This document shows positions 9,809 to 17,402 of a stretch of 64,000 nucleotides of DNA, in pieces; position 1 is the first letter of the stretch; every line of letters starts with the position of its first letter. This stretch comes from an uncultured Ignavibacteriales bacterium. GTDB lineage: Bacteria > Zixibacteria > MSB-5A5 > GN15 > FEB-12. The position numbers and the translations under genes were made by a program. Location: the NCBI GenBank assembly GCA_964416195.1, contig CAYQDB010000008.1, forward strand, positions 76,015-140,014, read 5' to 3'. The notes below the pieces were generated by a model, which saw only the letters and a program-made list of their open reading frames with translations, made no database searches and was not told where the DNA came from.

Positions 9809-10582
9809 GTGACGTACTTAGACGCGGTATTATTAGGGGTCCTGCAGGGACTGACCGAGTTTCTGCCGGTTTCATCTTCGGGGCATCTCGTTCTGGCTGA
9901 GGCGATCCTTGGCGTCAAACAACCCGGCGTTTCATTTGAGATCTTGGCTCACCTCGGTACCCTGCTGGCGGTGTTGGTCTATTTTCGTTCACAAATAGCA
10001 CTTTTAATCAAATCAGTTTTTGACAGCAATATGAAAAGGGAACGTGCCGTTATCGGTTACCTGGTTATTGGAACTATTCCTGCCGGGCTGGCGGGGCTGT
10101 TGTTCAGGGATTTTTTTGAGCATGCCTTTTCCAGTCCGGTGATGACCTCGCTGATGCTTTTTGTTACCGGCTTAATACTGCTGTCGACTCGCTTTCATAG
10201 TGGTGGGAGAAAGCACGTCGGAATTCTTTCGGCCATTATCATGGGTATAGGGCAGGCAGTGGCAATTTTGCCGGGGATTTCCCGATCGGGGACAACGATT
10301 GCCGCGGGAATTGCCTCTAAAGTGGAACCGTCAGAGGCGGCTGAGTTCTCATTTTTGCTTGTCATACCGGCGATTTTGGGAGCAGTTGTGCTGGAATCGA
10401 AGGAACTGGTAAATATCGACTCAGGTCTCACCGGGCAGTACTTTTTTGGTGCTGCTTTCTCCTTTTTGCTTGGGCTGGTAGCGGTCTACCTGGTCCTGGC
10501 GATTGTCAAGCGTGGGAAGCTTGATTACTTCGCGTATTATTGCTTTGCTGCCGGGGGTGTGGGGCTGTATCTTTTCCTGTAA
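9809..10582 (+). CDS. uppP: Undecaprenyl-diphosphate phosphatase
   Basis: 'LGVLQGLTEFLPVSSSGHL' and 'PGISRSGTTI' BacA/UppP motifs. The ORF-track start at 9773 lies inside the upstream terminator, so the in-frame GTG at 9809 is preferred. Confidence 0.9.
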   Translation: MTYLDAVLLGVLQGLTEFLPVSSSGHLVLAEAILGVKQPGVSFEILAHLGTLLAVLVYFRSQIALLIKSVFDSNMKRERAVIGYLVIGTIPAGLAGLLFRDFFEHAFSSPVMTSLMLFVTGLILLSTRFHSGGRKHVGILSAIIMGIGQAVAILPGISRSGTTIAAGIASKVEPSEAAEFSFLLVIPAILGAVVLESKELVNIDSGLTGQYFFGAAFSFLLGLVAVYLVLAIVKRGKLDYFAYYCFAAGGVGLYLFL

Positions 10583-12175
10583 ATGAATAAAAATATCCTG
10601 GTCGTTCGTCTCAGTTCGCTCGGAGATGTTATACTGACTTCGGCGCCTATCCTAAATTTGAAGATTAATTTTCCCGACAGCCGCATTGTTTACCTGACAA
10701 AGGAGGACTATCGCTCGATCGTTGATTGTTTTGACGGTATTGATGAGATTATAACTCTGCCGCAGTCAGTCAGCGCCCTTGATTATTTCAAACTGGGTCT
10801 CAAGTTGGACGATTATAGCTTTGACACTATTATCGATTTGCACGGCAGCTTCCGCTCGTGGTTTGCACGCAAGATTATCACGGCCGACAACAAGGCCGTT
10901 TATCCCAAAAGGCGGCTGGAGCGCTTGCGAATAGTGAAGAGACACAGCATTCCTGCTGCCTGGCCGCACACAATTGATCTATACAACGATTGTATCCAAC
11001 AGCTTAGCGGGCGGGTCGTTTGCAAAAGGCCGGTGCTTTATCCTATAACCTTTGAAGAGGGTATGTTAGGCAGGCTCAGTGCGTTGTTTGGGCAGGGAAG
11101 GTTGGTCGTGATTGCTCCCGGGGCGGCGCATCCAGACAAGCAGTGGTCGATGGAGAGGTTCACGGAAGTGGCGTTGCAGTTGCATCGGTCGCATGGCGCC
11201 GGTATTATCTGGGCGGTCACGTCTATCGATAAAGGCAAATCACAGCTTGAGGGAAAGATATCAGCAGACCGATTTCTTGAGCTTATTGACTACCCGGTGG
11301 ACAAGCTGGCGGGAGTAATGGCGCGAGCTGATCTGGCTATCGCTAACGATTCCGGGATCGCGCATCTCTCATCGGCGGTGGGTACACCGGTAATAACTTT
11401 GTTCGGACCAACGCATCCGTCCCTGGGGTTTGCGCCCTGCGGCTTATTCGACCGGGTGGTGGATGTTGACGAACCTTGCCGCCCTTGTTCGCTTCACGGT
11501 GAAAAGCCTTGTTATCGTGATGAGCGGTACTGTCTTAACCGTATAACACCTGAGATGGTCTGTGAGACTGCCTGTGATCTGCTTGACTCGTCCGTCAACT
11601 CCTCACGGGCGCTATTTGTTGATCGTGATGGAACCATAATAGTGGACAAGAACTTCCTTTCGGATCCAGACGAAATTGAGTTTGAACCAGGGGCTGTGGA
11701 AGCCCTGCGGCGAGGTCAGGCAATGGGGTTTAAACTCGTCATACTGTCCAACCAATCCGGGGTCGCTCGAGGCTACTTTGGGTTGGAGACTGTCGAGAGA
11801 GTGAACGAGCGCCTCCTATCAATGCTTTCAGCCGAGAAGGTACAAGTTGATGCATTGTACTTCTGCCCCCATCTGGCTGGCGGTGTTGTGGATGAGTTTG
11901 CTCTTTCGTGCGACTGCCGCAAGCCGGCGCCTGGAATGGCTGAGGAAGCCGCTCGCCAGTTGAGAGTAGACCTGCGCCGGTCGTATGTAGTCGGCGATAA
12001 AATTGATGACCTCGATCTGGCAAGGGTAATCGGAGCCCGTTCGTTTCTGGTGCGCACCGGCTATGGAAAGCAGCAGGAACAACAGTTGAAAGCTCATAGT
12101 ATTAATAGTAACTTAATAGTCTGTGACGACCTTGGGTCAGCCGTGGAGCAAATAAGAGCTATCGAAGGAGCATGA
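10583..12175 (+). CDS. Fusion protein: glycosyltransferase family 9 (LPS heptosyltransferase-like) + D,D-heptose-1,7-bisphosphate phosphatase (GmhB-like HAD)
   Basis: N-terminal 'ILVVRLSSLGDVILTSAPILNLK' and 'NDSGIAHLSSAVGTPVITLFGPT' (GT9). C-terminal 'LFVDRDGTII', 'LSNQSGVARGYF', 'CPH...CDCRKPAPGM' and 'VGDKIDD' (GmhB). The ATG directly follows the uppP stop. Confidence 0.85.
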   Translation: MNKNILVVRLSSLGDVILTSAPILNLKINFPDSRIVYLTKEDYRSIVDCFDGIDEIITLPQSVSALDYFKLGLKLDDYSFDTIIDLHGSFRSWFARKIITADNKAVYPKRRLERLRIVKRHSIPAAWPHTIDLYNDCIQQLSGRVVCKRPVLYPITFEEGMLGRLSALFGQGRLVVIAPGAAHPDKQWSMERFTEVALQLHRSHGAGIIWAVTSIDKGKSQLEGKISADRFLELIDYPVDKLAGVMARADLAIANDSGIAHLSSAVGTPVITLFGPTHPSLGFAPCGLFDRVVDVDEPCRPCSLHGEKPCYRDERYCLNRITPEMVCETACDLLDSSVNSSRALFVDRDGTIIVDKNFLSDPDEIEFEPGAVEALRRGQAMGFKLVILSNQSGVARGYFGLETVERVNERLLSMLSAEKVQVDALYFCPHLAGGVVDEFALSCDCRKPAPGMAEEAARQLRVDLRRSYVVGDKIDDLDLARVIGARSFLVRTGYGKQQEQQLKAHSINSNLIVCDDLGSAVEQIRAIEGA

Positions 12176-13161
12176 TTAAACCAGGCGCATATTCGGAAAA
12201 ACTTGAAGGGGGGAAGGTGATTTGTCACCTCTGTCCTGCCGAGTGCAAGCTGACCAGGGGAAAGGTGGGTATCTGCCGATCCCGGTTCAATCGAGACGGT
12301 GAACTGGTAACTGACAACTACGGCGAATTGGTGTCACTTGCTGTTGATCCTATTGAGAAAAAGCCATTGTATCACTTTTATCCTACTGCCGACATTCTCT
12401 CCACCGGCCCCAACAGCTGCAATCTCGGTTGTGTGTACTGCCAGAACTGGACCATTTCTCAGAAGAAAACAAAGACGATTTTTCTCTCGCCGGAGCAGCT
12501 TGTGGACACGGCGATACAGTACAAGTCGCTCGGTGTGGCTTTTACCTATACGGAGCCAGTGGTCTGGTATGAGTATATCATGGATACGGCTGCTCTTCTT
12601 CGCAAAGCCGGTTTGAAAACAGTGCTTGTTTCCAATGGGTACATTAATCCCAAACCGCTTGAAGACCTGCTCGGTGTCATGGATGCCATTAATATCGACC
12701 TGAAAAGCATGCGCGCTGACTTTTATAAGAAGATATGCAAGGGAAAACTTGAGCCGGTGTTGCACAATATCAAGCGGGTGGCTCAGTCAGGAGTGCATCT
12801 GGAAGTGACCAACCTTATTATTCCCACTCTGAATGATTCGGATAAGGACCTGAACGACCTGGCCGATTTTGTCGCTTCCATTTCCGACATGATCCCTCTT
12901 CACTTCTCCGCCTACCGTCCTGACTACAAGCTGCACATTCCGGCCACTCCAATGAAAACGATGCTGCGAGCACAAGAGATTGCAAGAAAGAGGCTGAAGT
13001 ACGTATATCTCGGAAATGTGCTACTGGAGGGAGGTTCCAACACACTCTGCCCGAGCTGCAACAATCCCCTGATCCGACGAAACGGTTTCCATACCTCTGT
13101 GGTTGGATTGCGGGAAGGCCGCTGTGTGGCCTGCGGCTTTGAGACCGGCATCATCCAATAG
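12172..13161 (+). CDS. Radical SAM enzyme, AmmeMemoRadiSam-system / PFL-activase-like
   Basis: N-terminal Cys cluster 'CHLCPAECKL..GICRSR'. Radical SAM 'CNLGCVYCQNW'. C-terminal 'CPSC...CVACG'. ATGA overlap with the upstream gene. Confidence 0.85.
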   Translation: MIKPGAYSEKLEGGKVICHLCPAECKLTRGKVGICRSRFNRDGELVTDNYGELVSLAVDPIEKKPLYHFYPTADILSTGPNSCNLGCVYCQNWTISQKKTKTIFLSPEQLVDTAIQYKSLGVAFTYTEPVVWYEYIMDTAALLRKAGLKTVLVSNGYINPKPLEDLLGVMDAINIDLKSMRADFYKKICKGKLEPVLHNIKRVAQSGVHLEVTNLIIPTLNDSDKDLNDLADFVASISDMIPLHFSAYRPDYKLHIPATPMKTMLRAQEIARKRLKYVYLGNVLLEGGSNTLCPSCNNPLIRRNGFHTSVVGLREGRCVACGFETGIIQ

Positions 13162-13368
13162 GTGGCTTTCCCCAGCATGGTTCCGATAATACATACAATG
13201 GCCATTTTTCGTGCCGTTGATTTTTGGAATTGACTTTTGCACAGGTTCCTATGTCCTATGGATGATGAGGTCTGCTCACAGACGATAAGTAAAGGGAATC
13301 CCGTCCGTTTTATGTCGGTATCACTGAACACAACATTTATCCGGTTCCTCCGAACCAAGTTTGTGGGC

Positions 13369-13442
13369 GGCAGATGTCTACATCTGCCCCAAGCTTGTAG
13401 GTCAGGTTGCAAGTTCGCGTTGGGTGGACGAGAAACCCGACA
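13369..13442. repeat. REP-like hairpin plus left half of a nested-IR element
   Basis: GGCAGATG-tcta-CATCTGCC hairpin (compare 24706-24725). GTAGGTCAGGTT...GAGAAACCCGACA matches the left half of 24598-24685. Confidence 0.75.
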
Positions 13443-13446
13443 TTCG

Positions 13447-16257
13447 TTGCTGAGGCGAACTTCATACGCAACCCGACCTGTCGTACTCAGAGCCGTTATC
13501 TGGGCGTTACTGGTGGTAAGTGTGGTGAGTCACCCGTCATACGGGCAGTTCTATTTCGGTAAGAACAAAGTGCAGTACACGAGATTTGACTGGCAGGTGA
13601 TGACCACTGACCATTTCCACATCTATTTCTACGCGAACGAATCCGAAATTGCCAAGATAGCCGCCAACCTAGCCGAGGAATCGTACGAAGTGCTGTCGGC
13701 CAGGTTTAATCATGAGGTGAAGGATAAGATACCCCTTATCATTTATTCCGCCCCCAACTATTTCTCTCAGACAAACGTTATTCCCGGATTGGTACCCGAA
13801 TCGGTGGGAGGTTTCACCGAGTTCCTCAAAGGGAGGGTAGTGGTGCCGTTCAACGGATCGTATCACGACTTCAAGCATGTGATACGGCATGAGCTGGTGC
13901 ATGTGTTTACCTTTTCGAAGCTGGAAGATGTCCTGCGCAAGCGGAGCCGTATCCGATATCTGCCGCCGCCTCTCTGGTTTATCGAGGGGATTGCCGAGTA
14001 CTGGTCGAAAGAATGGGACTCCGAAGCGGACATGGTGGTCAAGGACATGGTGATTAACCAGAGGTTGTATACTATTCCTAATCTATACAAGATTCGCGGT
14101 AGCTATGCAATGTACAAACTGGGGGAATCGATTTGTCAATTCATCGATTCGGCCTACGGTGAGGATAAGTTGTTTCGGATTTTTGACAACTGGTACAAAG
14201 GGCGAAGCTTTGATCAGGTAGTCAAGGTGACTCTTGGGGATAATCTGTCGGAGTTGTCGCGGAAGTGGGAGTATCATCTCAAGAAGAAGTACTATCCCCA
14301 GTTAAGGGCGCTTGATCTTCCGACGATGGACTCGAAGCAACTCACGAAAGGTGGCTTCTCCGTAAAAGGTGTGCCGATACGCTGGGATGACGGGCGTGGT
14401 AACCGTGACTGGCTTGTTTTCAAGGCCAACCGGCTTGGTTATTCAGGCATTTATATGATGCCTTTCGATGGGAATAAGCCAAAGCCGAAAACGCTCCTCA
14501 AGGGGGAGAGATCATCTGATTTTGAATCGCTCTATTTGTTACGTTCCGGCATTGATACCAATGATTCAGGGCTAATCGTCTTTTCATCGAAGTCCAAGGA
14601 AAATGACGTTATCTACCTCTATGAGCTTGATGAAGGTCGCGTGACTAAGGGTTTCGAGCTGGACGGTTTGGCGGCTGCCCGCTCACCACGCTTTTCTCCT
14701 GACGGCAGTAGAGTTGTTTTTTCCGGTGTCAGAGTGGACGGCTTCACCGATCTGTACATTCTTGACCTGGTGACCGGCGGTTATCGGCCAATCACGAACG
14801 ATATATACTATGATCTTGACCCTGCCTTCTCGCCGGACGGCCAACAAATTGTGTTTGCCTCTGATCGCTGTACCAACGGGCCGGAAGGGGCCTTGAATCT
14901 GTTTACCTTGGACCTTGCGACAGGCAGACTGTCACAGCTCACTTACGGTGCCTGCCGCGACCAGTCTCCCGACTGGACGGAGAAAGGAGTGTACTTCTCC
15001 TCCGACCGGGGTGGCACCTTCAATCTCTATCTTCTTGACAACGAAGACAGCTTGACCCGCCAGTCCACTTACGTCACGGGCGCCTTTGATCCGCGTCTTT
15101 CTTCCGATGGTCACAAGCTTGTTTATACCGGCTACCAGAACTCCACGTTTCAGATTTATGAAATGAACATTGCTGACAACCCGACGCCAGTCCGGCAACC
15201 TGTGGCAACTCACGTGTTGCCGTGGACGCCCGGACAGATCGAATACAGATTCGCTCACTCTTCAATCAAGTATAATACCGAGTACTCCCTTGATTTCGCC
15301 CAATCATCGATCGGATATGATCCGGTGTACGGGTCACTGGGAGGGCTCCAGATGGCCGTTTCCGACATACTGGGCAATCGCGCTTTTTACCTCTTGCTGA
15401 CTAACACCGCCGAGACAAAAGACGAGCTGTTGGAATCATTCAATTTTGGGCTGACCTACATAAATAGAGAGCGCCGGGTGAATTGGGGGATCGGAGCCTA
15501 TCACCTGTTTGATGAGTACTTCAACGATGTTGATGGCTTTTTTGAAGAACGTCAGGCAGGAGTGCTTTCCCTGGTGAGCTATCCCATATCGAAATTTCAC
15601 CGGTTTGATTTCACCTCGCTGGCCCGGTACTCGAACCGGTACCGCAAATATGGGTCGCCGGGTCGAAAGGCTTTTTTAGTAACGCACTACCTGAGCTGGG
15701 TCTACGACAATTCTCTGTGGGACATCACCGGTCCGATTGAGGGGCGGCGCTACAATTTCTCCATAGGAATAACGACACGGATAGATGAGTTGAATCATTT
15801 CAACCGTATGGCCATGGCTGATGTCAGGCATTACCTGCGGCTGGGACGATATTCCGCCCTGGCAAACCGTCTCTTCGCTTATTCCTCTTCCGGTAAGGAA
15901 CCACAGCGGATATACTTCGGAGGCAGTTGGTCGTTCCGAGGTTACAGCCGCCGGGCATTTTACAATCGCAACGTCCTCTTTGCCTCCAACGAACTGAGAT
16001 TCCCATTGATCGACAATCTCCTGATCGCCTTTCCTTTCGGTGGACTCGGATTCAGTGGAATACGGGGGGCGCTCTTCTTTGATGCCGGTTCGGCCTGGGA
16101 TGACGATTTCGATCAGTTCTACGGTTCCTTCGGGGCCGGCTTCCGCGTGGCGCTCGGTTATCTGGTGGTTCTTCGCTTTGACTTCGCCCGCACGACAGAT
16201 TTCGATACCATCAGTCCGAAGACCGATTTCGATTTCTTCTTTGGATGGAATTTCTAA
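13447..16257 (+). CDS. Outer-membrane Omp85-family barrel fused to an HExxH peptidase-like module and a TolB/PD40-like beta-propeller
   Basis: Signal-like 'VLRAVIWALLVVSVVSHPSYG'. 'RHELVHVF' followed by 'FIEGIAEYW'. Repeated 'SPRFSPDGSRVVFS' and 'DPAFSPDGQQIVFAS' blades. C-terminal Bac_surface_Ag pattern ('FRGYS', 'NELRFPL', 'ALFFDAGSAW', terminal 'GWNF'). The ORF-track start at 13237 runs through REP repeats, so the TTG at 13447 is proposed. The start is uncertain. Confidence 0.8.
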   Translation: MLRRTSYATRPVVLRAVIWALLVVSVVSHPSYGQFYFGKNKVQYTRFDWQVMTTDHFHIYFYANESEIAKIAANLAEESYEVLSARFNHEVKDKIPLIIYSAPNYFSQTNVIPGLVPESVGGFTEFLKGRVVVPFNGSYHDFKHVIRHELVHVFTFSKLEDVLRKRSRIRYLPPPLWFIEGIAEYWSKEWDSEADMVVKDMVINQRLYTIPNLYKIRGSYAMYKLGESICQFIDSAYGEDKLFRIFDNWYKGRSFDQVVKVTLGDNLSELSRKWEYHLKKKYYPQLRALDLPTMDSKQLTKGGFSVKGVPIRWDDGRGNRDWLVFKANRLGYSGIYMMPFDGNKPKPKTLLKGERSSDFESLYLLRSGIDTNDSGLIVFSSKSKENDVIYLYELDEGRVTKGFELDGLAAARSPRFSPDGSRVVFSGVRVDGFTDLYILDLVTGGYRPITNDIYYDLDPAFSPDGQQIVFASDRCTNGPEGALNLFTLDLATGRLSQLTYGACRDQSPDWTEKGVYFSSDRGGTFNLYLLDNEDSLTRQSTYVTGAFDPRLSSDGHKLVYTGYQNSTFQIYEMNIADNPTPVRQPVATHVLPWTPGQIEYRFAHSSIKYNTEYSLDFAQSSIGYDPVYGSLGGLQMAVSDILGNRAFYLLLTNTAETKDELLESFNFGLTYINRERRVNWGIGAYHLFDEYFNDVDGFFEERQAGVLSLVSYPISKFHRFDFTSLARYSNRYRKYGSPGRKAFLVTHYLSWVYDNSLWDITGPIEGRRYNFSIGITTRIDELNHFNRMAMADVRHYLRLGRYSALANRLFAYSSSGKEPQRIYFGGSWSFRGYSRRAFYNRNVLFASNELRFPLIDNLLIAFPFGGLGFSGIRGALFFDAGSAWDDDFDQFYGSFGAGFRVALGYLVVLRFDFARTTDFDTISPKTDFDFFFGWNF

Positions 16258-17402
16258 TGTCCCGGCTGTGTGTGACGAGATTGCTGATAATAGTGGCGCC
16301 TCTGGTGCTGGCGCTTTCATGTTCCCACAAGTACAAACTGACAGAGGAGCAACTATCCCAGCCGTCACCCTGGCAGTTCTATCGGGGAGATCTTTCGTCG
16401 CAAGGGAAAGTCCATGGAGGAACATTCAACGGAAAGCTGGACATCCTCTGGGAGCGTAAGCGGGGTGAGAAGCCGGCCGGGCCGGTCTCGCTGTACCACG
16501 GCAGTCTGGTCTACCCGGGAACTAAGAATAAGATACGCCTCTACGACGCTCTAACCGGCAACAAACAGGGCTATCTCAAATCGCATGGGGCAGCTCAAAC
16601 AGGTGTCGTTATCTATGACAACCTGGCATTATTTGCTACTTCTCCTCGCAAGAGCTGGCTTCGCTGCATTAATCTCCATAACGGCAAGCGGATCTGGAAA
16701 CGGCGAGTAAAGGACGTTGCCGCGGGGTCGATAATAGTAAATGATATGCTTGTTATCAGCTCGACGGGCGGTACTCTGTCTGCATACCGACCCGAAAATG
16801 GAGATATGATTTGGTCTTTCGAGGCCGAGGGAGGTTTTGTTGCTCCGGCGAGCTTTGCAGATGGCAGGATTTTCCAACCCTGCGATAACGGAACCTTATA
16901 TGCAATCTCGGCGGCTGACGGCTCCGAGATATACGAGGTAACAGTTGAGAGCCCTATGGTAAGCGCTGTCGCTGTGGGAACGATGGTATTTGCGACCGAC
17001 ATGCTTGGGCACGTCTATGGGATTGAACCTGCAGACGGCCGGATTGCCTGGCAGAGCGAATTGAACGGTGCGGTATGGACAACCCCGGCGGTTTCTGAGG
17101 ATCGCCTGTTTGTCGGTCATAGTAGAGGCGAGTTAGTGGCGCTTGATGCAGCAGACGGGCACATAGTGTGGCGGTTTAACGCGGGTGAGGTGATCAAGGC
17201 ATCTGCCACCGTGGTTGGCGACTATGTACTTGTTGGAACGATGGGTGGCAAGTTGTTTTCGCTCGACGTTTCTGATGGAAGAGTGGTTGGACAACGTCAG
17301 CTCGGCGATGCCGTGGCGTATTCACCGGTGACAGATGGTGATCGGGTCTACGTCACAACGGAGTCAGGAAAGATTGTATGTTTTGGGCGGAAGGATGAGT
17401 AG
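16257..17402 (+). CDS. BamB-like PQQ-repeat beta-propeller lipoprotein
   Basis: Lipobox 'LVLALSCS'. Repeated 'G.l.AldaadG...W' style blades ('LVALDAADGHIVW', 'LYAISAADGSEIY', 'LSAYRPENGDMIW'). TAATG overlap with the upstream stop. An alternative start lies at 16245. Confidence 0.8.
   Translation: MSRLCVTRLLIIVAPLVLALSCSHKYKLTEEQLSQPSPWQFYRGDLSSQGKVHGGTFNGKLDILWERKRGEKPAGPVSLYHGSLVYPGTKNKIRLYDALTGNKQGYLKSHGAAQTGVVIYDNLALFATSPRKSWLRCINLHNGKRIWKRRVKDVAAGSIIVNDMLVISSTGGTLSAYRPENGDMIWSFEAEGGFVAPASFADGRIFQPCDNGTLYAISAADGSEIYEVTVESPMVSAVAVGTMVFATDMLGHVYGIEPADGRIAWQSELNGAVWTTPAVSEDRLFVGHSRGELVALDAADGHIVWRFNAGEVIKASATVVGDYVLVGTMGGKLFSLDVSDGRVVGQRQLGDAVAYSPVTDGDRVYVTTESGKIVCFGRKDE

Noticed and set aside
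12924-13412. 162-aa minus-strand ORF
   Set aside because: It overlaps the 3' end of the radical SAM gene and the repeat-filled spacer, and it has no motif.
13237-13446. 70-aa N-terminal extension of the Omp85-fusion ORF
   Set aside because: This region consists of REP-like repeats (13369-13442). The signal peptide begins only after an in-frame TTG at 13447.
15676-16425. 249-aa minus-strand ORF
   Set aside because: It is antisense to the Omp85 barrel region and the start of the BamB-like gene. It is low-complexity and has no motif.
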